Shown: one piece after another, positions 1-15,674 of the stretch
Numbering within the stretch: the stretch's first letter is position 1
Layout: the number at the start of each line of letters is the position of its first letter
DNA from: the human T2T-CHM13v2.0 reference genome, Homo sapiens
Direction: 5' to 3' (one strand)
NCBI RefSeq assembly: GCF_009914755.1
Contig: NC_060938.1
Length of the DNA stretch: 64,000 bases
Program-made: the position numbers and the translations under genes
Notes under the pieces: generated by a model
Database searches by the model: none
The model's input: only the letters and a program-made list of their open reading frames with translations
What the model was told of the DNA's origin: nothing

Positions 1-112
1 TTTCTAATTGTTTTATTTTCAAGCTTGTTCCATACTTGTATCAGTTTATCTCTATAACATGAGGTTAGTTTCCCTAAAGACATAGCAGCATCTAACTCTA
101 GCTGAGCATTTG

Positions 113-476
113 TGATACGGTGTGGCTCTGTGTCTCACCCAAATCTCTTCTCAAATTGTAATCCCCATGTGTTGAGGGAGGGATCTGGTGGGAAGTGATT
201 GGATCATGGAGGTGGCTTCCCCCATGCAGTTTTTATGATAGTAAATGAGTTCTCTCATGAGATCTGATGGTTTAAAAGTGTTTGGCAGTTCCCCTACCCT
301 CTCTCTTGCTGCCATGTAAGACATGCCTTGCTTCACCTTCTGCCATGATTGTAAGTTTCCTGAGACCTTTCCAGCCATGTGGAACTGTGAGTCAATTAAA
401 TCTCTCTTTTTTTAGAAAAAATAAATTACCCAGTCTCAGGTAGTTCTTTAGAGCAGTGTGAAAACAGACTAATACA
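113..476 (+). mobile_element. MaLR solo LTR, THE1D/MSTA-like
   Basis: TGATACGG...ACTAATACA termini, typical THE1/MST body, ATTAAA poly(A) signal, 5-bp TSD ATTTG/ATATG (4/5 match). Confidence 0.9.
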
Positions 477-654
477 ATATGACTGTAATTTAAAGCATAT
501 TTATCCCATTGATGAGAAATTTATTATAGAGATTTGGCAATTGACAGGTAGAAGATAATTGAACAATTATGAATTCATTTAAGAAAAATCCTATGGTTTA
601 TTGTATTTGTTTGGATGGTAAACTCTCATTGGTTCCTCATGTGTTGTCAACCTT

Positions 655-1800
655 AAACAAGTATTTAGCTGTCAGGCACCATGTGAGACACTTGGGATAT
701 GATAGTGTTACAGCATCGTCCCTTATCTCAAGGACTCTCTAGTGTTAAGGGAGAGACAAACAGAAAGGGAATTTTTGTGGAGTGTGATGTTAAACATAGA
801 GTGTGTTAAACATAGAGTACTATGGGAACACAGAAGAGACATCTAGACCTGGTCTGGAGATAGAGAGAGCTTCTGGAGGAAATGACAATTTGAGCTAGCT
901 GAGACCTGAAGGTTGGGTAGGGGTTAAGAGGGCTGAGAATATCATTGCAGCAGAGGGAAGTGTATGTGCAAATATCTGAAGTTTGAGTAGAACATTATTT
1001 TTTTCTTTCTTTTCAGAACTTGGAAGTAGCTATGCATGGCTGGAGTTTAGAGTAAGAAAAACAGAGGGTCAAGAGCTGGAGAAACGAGCAGGGCCTTATA
1101 TGTTGTGCTTGTTTTCGATTTCATCCTGAGTATATAGAGAATAATTTGAAGTGTCTTAAGCAAAAAACAGTAATGTGTCCTATTATAGAAAGAACATTCT
1201 AGATGTAATGTGAGTGAACTGGAAGACCACATGAATAAATGCAGAGATAGCAGTTACGATGTTGACAAGTACTGTATTTCACTAATTTTAAGACATACAA
1301 TTTTCCCCCCACATTTTATTATCTCTAAATCTGGATTCATCTTACCGTTAGTGGCATGTCATAAATTAACAGAAAGCTTTTATTTTCTTTCTCAGTGATA
1401 CAAAGCATAATAATGTAGTTTACAAACAATGGCAACTTAGATTCAAGTAAACAAAGTCAGAAATGATTGCAGCCTTCACTAAAATGGCAGTTGAAGAGAA
1501 GTGAATGTGAAATTAACATGTATTTTGGAGGTCAAATCATAAGAATCTGATGACTGCATTTGGGAACATGAGGTTGAGGAAAAAGTTGATGACTCCTATT
1601 TTTATTTTATTTTATGTTTTTTCATTTGTGCAGTTGGGATGTGGTGGTTCCATTCATTGAGGTAATGAACTCAATTGGGTTTGTGAGGATGAGGTAGGAA
1701 GGTGTGGGACAAGATAGATAAACAGTAAAGTTCTACGCGTAATGGTTATGAGGTTCTAGTGACTATCCAAGTTAGAACATTCCATCAGTGATTGCATCTA
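655..1800 (-). mobile_element. Degenerate L2 fragment(s), interrupted by MER104
   Basis: L2-like purine-rich motifs (e.g. gagacctgaagg, attcattgaggt); highly diverged, boundaries approximate. Confidence 0.55.
1272..1456 (+). mobile_element. MER104-like Tc2/Kanga DNA transposon MITE
   Basis: TA|CTGTATTTCACTAATTTTAAGAC start and CTTAGATTCAAGTAAAC end resemble MER104 TIRs; ~185 bp. Confidence 0.7.
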
Positions 1801-3603
1801 CACTTTTGTTTATGAAAGGAATCTGAAGAGAAGATGTGGGCTCTTCTGAAAGATTTTTTACCAGCAAACCCATAAAGTAACCACAGTTGCCTTGGGCTAC
1901 AAGGGAAGCAGTTTCCATCCAAAGGCTCTTCTATCTTATGTTTCATTCTTGTCCTAAGAATCCCTGAAGTGTGAACTCTGATATTGAAGTCTACATCCTC
2001 TTTATGCCTGGTAAATGTCCCTTAAGAAAAGTCCAGTCTTCTCTTTCCTGCAACCCACATGTCTTCTAGATGGTGCATATTTGAAGAGTAATCTCACTAT
2101 CTTATGGAAAAGCTGAATGTATACTCATTCTGTCTGGGTTTCCAGATTTAAGAGAAATTAGATGGAAAAGGCTTACCTTTGTGACTTTGAAGTCAAGGAT
2201 TGAGGTATAAAACTGTCTGCAGGAATAGTGGAAAGATAAGGAAAAGAGTAGAATATTCTGATCATGACCTTGCCACCTCTCTCTCCATAAGTTTCTCCTG
2301 GACCACCGGTGTCAGGCACCTCCTGGTTAGGTGTCTGCCAAGAACCTTGCCAGGCACTGCTCCTCCTTTCTGAGTGGTGGTGCTCAGAACCTCTGCACAT
2401 GCTGCCAGGGTATGTGTTATGCCTGGTGGGTGATGCAGAGGAGACTCTGGACCTGTCTCTTTGCTTTCCAGGGCTTTATAGTTTTGGAGTGAGGATTGGG
2501 AAATATGATATAGCCATGAGAGGCTTCCCCTATTTCATTTAGACTCATAGTATTTACATTTTATCAGAAGCTTTCTTATACATTACCTTATTTGATCCTC
2601 ATGAGTACTTGATGAACTAGATTAGTTGGGCACTGTTATACCCATTGTATCTCCACTGATGACCTTGTGTTTCAGAAGAGAAGAAGTCCAAAGCTAGACA
2701 TGGATCTGGCAATATTAGAATTTAGTTCTCGTGAATTCCAGTTCAATCCTTTTCTCACTAGACCAGTGAAAAGGAAAAAGATTTCTAAAGGTTTTTTAAG
2801 ATACCTTAGCTGATATTGAATGGAATTCTCTGAGACAAGCCTAATATCTAAGGGTCTTCTAGAAGCTGAGGCTATTTCAGAAAAGCCCAATGTCCCTTAA
2901 AAGTAGTGGTGGTACTGAGGATCTTTGCCACTATTTAATTCAGACCAATAGAGCAGGGAGGTCTCTAAGAGGGGTCTTTTAGGAGTCATGCATATAGAAT
3001 TTGTTTGCTCCCAGAGGCCAGCAAATACCCTGTGGTTTGGCCCTTTTATTTTGATGTTGAACTCAGCACAGTACATGTTTTGCCTGCCCTTTCCTAGGCT
3101 TAGAAAAATATCCAGGTGAAAGAAGGAGAGTATTATTCATTACCCTAGGCAATTTGTGTGGAATGGTTTGGTTCCCAAAAACTGTCACTCCAAAGTGCAA
3201 AGAGTTCAGATCTGGAGTTTTGCAGTTGAGAGTGTGTTGAGCACCTTATGACAGGCAGTTCTGTAAAGTGAGGTTACAGAGTTCAGCAGTGGAATGTATT
3301 AGAAAGGGAAACACTCTCTGGTGTGTAGAAACATGCCCTTCAGCAAATCTGTTAACTTCATTTTAGCCTGGACCTTTTCCTTCTTGAATGTAATAAAGCT
3401 TCTGAAATGACTGCACTTGGTGAGAGGGCCTCTTCTGTCATTTACAGCAGTGGAAAACTCACAGAGTAAGTGAATTACTTTGGTTTTCAATAAAAATGTT
3501 AATATCTACCTTAGATGTGAACAAAGGACATTGCATTTCAATAATGTGATGATCAAATCCACAGGGGCTGAGAGAGAGGGAGTGTATGGAGCTGCCACTC
3601 AGT

Positions 3604-3622
3604 GAGAGAATGAGAGAGAGAG

Positions 3623-3656
<34 letters not shown>
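3604..3656 (+). repeat. (GA)n microsatellite
   Basis: Interrupted GA dinucleotide run. Confidence 0.95.
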
Positions 3657-3658
<2 letters not shown>

Positions 3659-4124
3659 CAGAAGAGAACAAGTGCATGAGTACAAGAAGGAATAATTGGA
3701 GATACACCGTGCTTTAGAGGAGAACTCAAACTATGCCAAATACAATTAAGAAGATGGCAAATCAAACTGCTCTCTTTGAACAATAACAGGTAATGCAGTG
3801 CTTACAATTTTTTCCAGTACTAAAAAGTGACTGCATGTGTTTTTCTTGTTTGACTCAGAGATGTCAGTGGTCATGAGAGAAACTTCAAAAAGTAACATTT
3901 TTTCAACTACATAAAATGCAGGTAGAGTTTAAAGAGGAGCAGCATAATTTTAACACATGGAGAACACTGTTCACACCGATCAGCATTATGTTATTTTGTG
4001 TATTTCAAGACTCAAAACCCCCATCACCAAAAATCACAAAGAAAATTATGCGTGCCTTGTTAAAAAGATAGCACAGACTTGTCTTTACAAGATTCTCACT
4101 GAAACATTTTTTATATAGTGTTAT

Positions 4125-4330
4125 TAATAACAGCTATCATTTAATGAACACTAAGTATGTGCAAGGAATTGCATTAAAATAGTAGTATACAATATCTCTT
4201 TAACTTTGGAGAACTTTAGAGGTTTTATAATTACCCCTATTTTATAGATATGTAAATTGGGGCTCAGAGAAGTTAAGTAACTTGCCCAGGGTCAAAGGGC
4301 TAACTGGGAAGAGTTGAGATTTTAACTTAG
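4125..4330 (-). mobile_element. MIR SINE
   Basis: Core motif ggctcagagaagttaagtaacttgcccagggtca. Confidence 0.8.
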
Positions 4331-5959
4331 TGTGAGGAGGAATCTGTGGAGAAAATTAACTGAAAATGGCATTTTTAGGCAGTGTGCTTCCATTTATCCA
4401 TCTAAGACTCGGGAATAGGCAATTCTAGAGCTTAGGTTCTATTTAAGAATGATTTTAAGATACTCCTGGTGCAGCTAACGTCTTTGCTTTATCTTAGCAT
4501 TTCACTCAAATTTCAATTTCATTTCTCAGTAGTGCAATCTTGTTTTTTAAATGTATAAGTGATTGATCTGAATAATTGAATAGTTCTAGCGATCGGTATT
4601 TATATAAGATGTATCTTCAGACCACAGATATTCTGGGGCCTTTAAAAATCCCTTTCCTCTTTTACTTTGTTCAGTCTCCTATAAATAAAAAGAAAAGCCA
4701 ACTATGGAAGTGTTTTCATTCATGGAAATCTGTGTGTATTCCTCTATCTCTTTACTTAGAATGTTTGGCTTACTTTAGTCTCTGTAGTTCCTGAGGGTAA
4801 CCTATGTAATATTTAAATTATGCCTATAAATAAATACAGATTAACCAGCCTATAATAATTTCCTACAGAAAGCATGGTAATAAGATTAATTTAATATTAT
4901 TTACTATGTTCTATGTAAAATCTGATACTTTTACTGGGAAGATGACTCATCAGGTACTCCAGAGCTCAGTTGAACTCAATAATTCTAATTTATCTCAAAT
5001 AAATGCAGTGATTGGAAAAGAAGGATATCTCTGGGTGACTGTGAAGGAAATAAGGAAGAGATAAGGAGACCTATGACCCTGGATAACCCTATAAGGACCT
5101 ATGACCCTGGATAGCATCTCCCTGACCTACTTCAGAACAGGTGGCTGCCATTTTTTGAATGTCAAAATTTGAAGAAATAACATTTAAAAAAACAAAAACA
5201 AGAATTTCTCTGAGGGATTATATCCAAATGTCAAGTTTGAGTTGCCCCAGAAAATAGATAATTTCTGGAATCATGGCCTTTTTGTGTGTGTTTGCTTAAA
5301 ACTGTTCCTCTGGTATAGGTGAGAAGGCAAAAATCAAAAGTTTATGGAACTCATTACATGGCCATCCAAGTGTTTCTCATCCACAAAAATATTTTAACTT
5401 ACTGATCCTTAACTACCAAGTAGCATGTCAACCAATATCATCACACTGCAGTCTCTGCCAAATGTTGATGCTGCCATCACTTGTAAGTACATCACACTGA
5501 ATTATTTTATATTATCCCTTAAAGCTTTTTCAATGGGCAATAATTCTCAAAAATTCCTGGCATCTGCCAGATGGGATACTGTGGCAGACACTCTACAGTG
5601 ATTCCAATGAGACATATCCTTGTATATCTTCTTTCCCTTGAATGTGGAATGGACCTGTCATTGTTTCTAGCCAATACAATATGGCAAAGGAATGGGATGT
5701 CACTTCCGTGCTTAGGTTATATTATGTGGCAAACGTGATGGGACCTTACTCTTGTGATTATGTCATGTTCCATAAGACTCCTTCTTAGCAGATAAAAGTG
5801 AGATGTTCTGGTGGCCTGCAAGACATAGGCAGAATACTGTGAGATGGCCACTGGAGGGGGCATGTGACAGGGATCTGAGGGTGCCCCTAGGAGCTGAGAA
5901 TAGCCTACAGCCAGTTGCTAGCAAGATAATGGGGCCCTCAATATACAACCACAAGGAAA

Positions 5960-8876
<2,917 letters not shown>

Positions 8877-9445
8877 GAAATACATTTTCCAAACTGAATG
8901 AGCTTGGAAAAGGAACTCTAACTCCAGGTAAGAACACAGCCCAGCTGATACCTTGATTGCAGACTTGTGATGTCCTGAGACAAGGACCCAGTTAAGCTAC
9001 ACCAGAATCCTGGCCCAAGACAACAGTGAGATTATAACTGTGTATTGTTATAAGTGTGTGGCAATTTGTTACACAACAATAGGAAATGCAGATGCTATAG
9101 ACTGCCTATCCTACTCATTTTTCTGTTGAAAAGAACTGCCTGATAACAAAATGTAGAATATTAATATATTTTAAATGGTTTCAACTTTTAAATAGCTTAC
9201 ATAAAATTTCCTGCTAAATAGACCTTTAATTGTATGTAAAAATGAGGGACTAATGAGAGACAAGTCATTTGCCCATTGGATCATGGGATGGATTATAGGA
9301 ATCACATTGTTGAGCCAACAATATGATTGCTTGAGTGTGGCTGAGGACCTATGTTGAGAATCACTGCTTTCTATTTTCGTATTTGCCCTTGCTGAGGAAT
9401 CTCAGCTGCTCCTAAAATTGTCACTGCAAAACACAAAGGTGTTTT

Positions 9446-9592
9446 CTTTTTTCTTTTTTATATTATTATTTTTATAGAGATGCGATCTCACTATGCTGCC
9501 CAGGCTGGTCTTGAACTCTTGGTCTTAAGTGATCCTCCCACCTCAGTTTTCCAAAGCACTGGGATTACAGGTGTGAGCCAATGTGCCCAGTC
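9446..9592 (-). mobile_element. FLAM_C / Alu left monomer
   Basis: Reverse Alu monomer with T-tail; TSD ACAAAGGTGTTTT (9433-9445, 9593-9605). Confidence 0.9.
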
Positions 9593-9891
9593 ACAAAGGT
9601 GTTTTTATGTCACCTTTGCTCTGTTTTCTGGATTAATGATGGGTAATGTAATCAGAAGGGTCATCCTATAGAAGAGATAGAAGAGGGAAGTTGTGGACTG
9701 GGACATTATTCCTGGATGAAGCTGAGAACCATAATTTAATGTGAGGGTCTCCTTAGTTAGCTGCTTGATTCAATTTCTTTTAAAAAACTACCTAGATTTG
9801 TAATTTTAAAAATTAATGTATCCCCAAGGTAAGAATATCAAGCCACATAAAAATATACACTAAAATATCTTTGACTTCTGATCTTGGACCC

Positions 9892-12209
9892 TGTATTAGT
9901 CCATTTTCACGCTGCTGATAAAGACATATCAGTGACTGGGCAATTTACCAAAGAAAGAGGTTTAATAAACTTATAGTTCCATGGGGTTGGGGAGACCTCA
10001 CAATCATGGTGAAGGCAAGGAGGAACAAGTCACATCTTACATAGATGGCAGTAGGCAGAGAGTGAGAGATTGTGCAGGGAAACTCCCATTTTTAAAATCA
10101 TCAGATCTCTTGAGACTTATTCACTGTCATGAGAACAGCATGGAAAAGACTTGCTCCCATGATTCAATTACCTCCCACCAGGTTCCTCCAATGACACCTG
10201 GGAATTGTGGGAGTTACAGTTCAAGATGAGGTTTAGGTGGGGACACAGCCAAACCATATCATTCAACCCCTGGCCCCTCCAAAATCGCATGTCCTCACAT
10301 TTCAAAACCAGTCATGCCTTCCCAACAGTCCCCCAAAGGCTTAACTCATTTCAGTATTAACTCAAAAGTCCACAGTCCAAAGTCTCATCTGAGACAAGGT
10401 AAGTCTTTCTGCTCATGAGCCTGTAAAATCAAAAGAAAGTTAGTTACTTCCTAGATACAATGGGGTTACAGGCACTAGGTAAATACAGCCATTCCAAATG
10501 GGAGAAATTGGCAAAAACAAAGGGACTACAGGCCCCATGCAAGTCTGAAATCCAGCAGAGCAGTCAAATTTTAAAGCTCCAAAATGATCACCTTTGACTC
10601 TGTGTCTCACATCTGCGTCACACTGATGCAAGAGGTGGGTTTCCATGGTCTTGGGCAGCTCTGGCCCTGTGCCTTTGCAGGGTACAGCCTCCCTTCTGGC
10701 TGCTTTCTTGGGCTGGCATTGAGTGTCTGCAGCTTTTCCAGGAGCATGGTGCAAGCTGTTGGTGAGTTCTACCATTCTGGGATCTGGAGGATGGTGGCCC
10801 TTTTCTCACAGCTCCACTAGGTTATGCCCCAGTAGAGACTCTGTGTGGTGGCTCCAACCCCACATTTCCCTTTTGCACTATCTTAGCAGAGGTTATTCAC
10901 GAGGGCCCTGCCCCTGCACCAAACTTCTGCCTGGGCATCCAGGCATTTCCATACATCCTCTGAAATCTAGGTGGAGGTTCCCAAACCTCAATTCTTGACT
11001 TCCACACACCCACAGACTCAAAACCATGTGGAAGCTGCCTCTGGTGCAAGCCCCCTCTGAAGCAGTTGCCAGCCCAAGTTGTACCTGGCCCCTTTTAGCC
11101 ATGGCTGGAGTAGCTGGGATGCAGGGCACCAAGTCCCTGGGCTGCACACAGCAAGGGGGCACAGTGCCTGGCCCATGAAACCATTTTTTCCTTTTAGGTC
11201 TCTGGGGCTGTGATGGGAAGGGCTGCTGTGAAGACCTCCAACGTGCCCTGGAGACATTTTTCCCATTGTCTTGGGGATTAACATTCAGCTTCTCATTACG
11301 CAAATTTCTGCAGCAGGCTTGAATTTCTCGTCAGAAAATGGGTTTTTCTTTTCTATCATATTGTCAGGATGCAAATTTTCTGAACTTTTATGCTCTGTTT
11401 CCCTTTTAAAACTGAATGCCTTTAACAGCACTCAAGTCACTTCTTGAATGCTTTGCTGCTTAGAAATTTCTTCCACCAGATACACTAAATCATCACTCTC
11501 AAGTTCAAAGTTCCACAAATCCTGAGGGCAGGGGCAAAATGCTGCCAGTCTCTCTGCTAAAGCATAATAAGATTCACCTTTGCTGCAGTTCCCAACAAGT
11601 CTCTCATCTCCATCTGAGACCACCTCAGCCTGGATTTCATTGTCTTTATCATTATCGGCATTTTGGTTAAAGGTATTCAAAAAATCTCTAGAAAGTTCCA
11701 GACTTTCTCACATTATCTTTTTTTTTTCCTGAGCCCTCCAAACTGTTCCAACCTCTGCTTGTTACCCAGTTCCAAAGTCGCTTCCACATTTTAGGGTATC
11801 TTTTCAGTAGCACCCCACTCCTGGTACCAATTTATTGTATTAATCCATTTTCACACTGCTGATAAAGACATACCTGAGACTGGGCAATTTACAAAAGAAG
11901 AGGTTTAATGAACTTACAGCTCCATGTGGCTGGGGAGGCCTCACAATCATGGCACAAGGCAAGGAGAAACAAGTCACATCTCACATGGATGGCAGCAGGC
12001 AGAGAGAGAGAGAGAGATTGTGCAGGGAAACTCCCATATTTAAAACTATCAGATCTCAAGAGACTTATTCACTATGATGAGAACAGCATGGGAAAGATTC
12101 CTTCCCATGATTCAATTACCTCCCACCGGGTTCCTCCCATAACATATGGGAATGGTGGGCCTTATAATTCAAGATGAGATTTGGGTGGGAACACAGTCAA
12201 ATCATATCA
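9892..12209 (-). mobile_element. Full-length THE1A/THE1B: 3' LTR 9892-10261, internal 10262-11835, 5' LTR 11836-12209
   Basis: Two ~370-bp LTRs, ~1.57-kb THE1 internal region, perfect 5-bp TSD GACCC (9887-9891, 12210-12214). Confidence 0.96.
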
Positions 12210-12570
12210 GACCCTTTCTACATGGGCAACAACTGTCAAGCAGTTTCATATGTATCTTGTAGGAAAGGTGTATTACCTTTAGTTGCCCATGGATCATTTT
12301 GGAGTTTTATGTGAATACATATCTTTTTGAACATACATGAGAGCACAACCCACTCTGTTATTTGGCTTATTGTTTGAATGTAACAATATATCTCAGAGAT
12401 ACTTCCATATTAAGAATGAATTTTTACTGTTTTAACATAATTTTTTAATATTACACTAGTGTAGATACTTTTACATATGTATACATATATACACGTGTAT
12501 ATGTATGTAATTTATATACACATATACACATATAAATGAGACACATATTGTGTCATAAGCACTTTATATG

Positions 12571-13091
12571 TGTTAAATAAAAATTACAGGAGGTCCTTAT
12601 TTTGGACTGAGCTCCTGCACTAGACCCCAAGAGATCAGACTAAAAACCAGAATGGAGTCCGTCATGCTGAGGTTCTACTCACCACATGGAAACTGAGTTG
12701 TTATGTGTCCTTTCCAGAAATCAGGAGAGAGAGATAACCAAATTTCCCAAATAGGTTAGTTTTAATCTGCATGGCAATGAAATTCCCTCTGCCTTTAATC
12801 CTTACAACAAAAAGTAACCTGGGATTACCTGAAGTTAACTAATGGGTCATTTTTCTATTGTTTTATTTCCCTGTTTGCACCTTACAAGGAAAGTAACTTT
12901 GAAATAACATGTCTGCTTTTTGTTCTTTGTTTCTGCTTTCTTCAGCTCTCTGTCTATAAAGCCAACTTATTCTACTCAGCTCATTGGAACACATATTATA
13001 CTTTATAGAATGAATTGTTGCTGGATTCTGGACTTGCAAATAAAGCCAAGTTAAGATCTTTAAGCTAAAGTGTATTTTTTGCCTTTTGACT
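12571..13091 (+). mobile_element. LTR54-like ERV1 (MER4-group) solo LTR, inserted in a MIR
   Basis: TGTTAAATAAA start, TATAAA and AATAAA motifs, 4-bp TSD TATG (12567-12570, 13092-13095); MIR core continues at 13092-13265. Confidence 0.75.
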
Positions 13092-13784
13092 TATGTGTTC
13101 ACTCATTTACTCTTAACTATCCAATGAAACATGTACAGTATTTCTTTTGGCACAGCTTTACAGATGAGGAACCTGGGGCAAGAGTGCTGAGGAAGCTTGT
13201 TCAGGGTTTCAAAACTAGTAAGTGGTGAAACCACCCAGAAAATAGAGTCTCATGCACTTAACAGTCTAATTATGATTATACTTAGGCTGCTCCCAATGTT
13301 TGTTTATGTATATAACTATGCTTTAAAACATTTTTGTACATTGCAGTTGCACTCATGTGAGTATCGATGGGATACATTCCTCAAAATCAAATTTCTGTGT
13401 TGGAGGATATCCACATTTTTAGTTTTTATGGTTACTGTCAAATTCCCTTCCAAAGAAGTTGTGATAATGTGTACATTCACTGTCTGTGTGTGATAATTCC
13501 TGTTTCCTCACGAACTTGCCAAGGCTGTATACTATCAAACTATTGCCAATTTGGCAGCTAAAAAATACTATCTTTATTTTGCCTTAATTTGCATTTATTT
13601 ATGAGAAGAATTGGGCATCCTTCCATCTGCTTATAAGCCATATGTGTTTATTTTTCTGTGAAATGCCTATTATATTTCTAAAAGATTTGGGGTATTTTTC
13701 TTATTGATTTCTAGAAGTTTTATATATGTGCATATATATAAAACGTATACACATATATAATTTCTACATAAAGCTTTGTGTCAT

Positions 13785-13915
13785 TTTTGTTTTTTGTAGA
13801 GATGGGGGTCTCACTTTGTTGTTAGGGCTGATCGTGAACTCCTGGCTTCAAGTGATCCTCCAACCTCAGCCTTCTGAAGTGTTGGGATTATAGGCATGAG
13901 CCACTTCTCCTAGCC
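13785..13915 (-). mobile_element. FLAM / AluJ left monomer
   Basis: gtagagatgggggtctcac...gggattataggcatgagccac. Confidence 0.85.
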
Positions 13916-14585
13916 TGAGAGTTTTATATTTTAAGGAAAATAGTATTTTATCTTTCAATATATTGCAAATATTCTCTCCCCCACTTTTTAAAAAACTTTT
14001 GTCCTTGTTTATACTATTTGGTTCTAACAACAGAAAAGTTTTAAATCTTCATAGGAACTAATTTATCGACATATATTTATGGGTTGTGGATTTTATAGTT
14101 TTGATTTTAAAAAAGTTCTTTAACTTCAGAATTTTGAAAAATTGGGATATATTCTTTATTACGGTTATGGCTTCATTTTTTTCTTTCAAAATTAATCAGC
14201 TGGAATTTATTTTGGTATAAAGAGTGAGGGAATAATTCAGCTATACTTTTAGTTTAAATTGCTAACTGGTTGTCTCATCAAAATGTATTGAAATATCTTT
14301 CCTTTCTCCATCATTTGCTTATATGGCCATACTCCCTTATCTGTAGTTTCGCTTTCTGCATTTTCAGTTACCCAAGGTCAATCATGGTTTGATAATATTA
14401 AATAGAAATTTCTGGAAATAATGTTTTAGTTGCATGCTGTTCTGAATAGTGTGATAAAATCTCACACTGCCTTGCATTGTCCACACTGGACAAGAATCCT
14501 CCCTTTGTCCAGCGTATCCAGGCTGTCTACCTGCCCTTTAGTCACTCAGTGGCCCTCTTGGTTATCAGATTGACTGCAGCAGTAT

Positions 14586-15218
14586 TCAGGTAGGAGATGA
14601 ACGGGACTTATTTTCCCAGCACCAATCACGAGCCTGATGATCAAAACAGGATGCAGTGAAGAAACCGGTGGAAACCACCACATGGTGACAAAAGTGATCT
14701 CTAGTTGCTCTCACTGCTCATTAGCATAAAGACACTCCCACCAGCACCATGACAGTTTACAAATGCCATGACAACAACCCAGCAGTTATTTTATATGGTT
14801 TTGGAACTCCCTCACCCATTTTCTAGAAAATTCTGAATAATTCACTCCTTAATTAGTATACAGCTAAGAGTGGGTATAAACATAGCTAGCTACCAATCTA
14901 CAGGAACTGCTACTCTGCACTGCTACTGTTGCTGTACGCTGATGCTGCTCCTCCTTCTCCTCCTCCTCCTTTTTGGGACTGCTGCTACTGCTCTGGCCTG
15001 CTCTGCCTATAGAGCAGCCACTTTGCTGTACACTGCTACTCTGGGCAATTCTGCCTATGGGAGAGCCCCGCTCTGTCTATGGACAGCCATTTTGCTGTAC
15101 ACTGTTGTTGTAATCTTTAATAAACTTGCTTTCTTTCACTGCTGTCTCTTGAATTATTTCCTGAATGAAGCCAAGAACCCTCTGGATTGAGCACCAATTT
15201 GGGGGTTTGTCTGCATCA
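14586..15218 (+). mobile_element. MER41-group ERV1 solo LTR
   Basis: gacactcccaccagcaccatgacagtttacaaatgccatg motif, TATAAA, AATAAA, ends GCATCA; 4-bp TSD GTAT/GTGT. Subfamily uncertain. Confidence 0.75.
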
Positions 15219-15222
15219 GTGT

Positions 15223-15674
15223 TGTCATGGGTGATCAGCAACTATTTGAGGCCAGTGGTGTGGCGGTAAGAATAATTTACAAGACAGCTGTAGGTAAAGA
15301 AAGGCAGATTTAATAGAGAAAGTATGGAAATATGTTGCAAGAGTGGTTACAGACAGGTTAGCAAGAGAGGAGCTAACTGCAAAGAGACAAAGGCTTCCTG
15401 GGAATTTTATAGGATGGTGCTTATGCTGTGTGCTGAGGAGGGCTTTGTGCAGTTCTAATAATGCCAAAATTGCAGTATCCTAACTAAGTTTTTTTAAATT
15501 TTAGTCAGCTGAGGATCTGGTGATAGCTGGGTACAGGAAGATTGTGTTATTTGCACAGGAGGGCTACATATCCTGGACCAAGAAGAAAGGCAGACTTAGA
15601 GCTTATCTGCTTTCTCTTTTTGCTTTCCCTCAGTTCCACCAACTTGACTCCCTCTCCTCAATTAAGACTCCACA
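15223..15674 (-). mobile_element. LTR47A-like ERVL solo LTR
   Basis: Minus strand reads TGTGGAGTCTTAATT...CCCATGACA; 5-bp target AGTAT at 15675-15679 and 14581-14585. Confidence 0.8.

Noticed and set aside
5061-5113. Short tandem duplications (also 788-817 and 33242-33272)
   Set aside because: Ordinary slippage duplications of 15-30 bp with no further structure.
10440-11680. Cluster of ORFs in the THE1 internal region
   Set aside because: Fragments of the decayed MaLR internal ORF.
14870-15190. 106-aa ORF with a signal-peptide-like Leu run
   Set aside because: Produced by a CTG/CTC low-complexity tract inside an LTR; begins at GTG; no other support.
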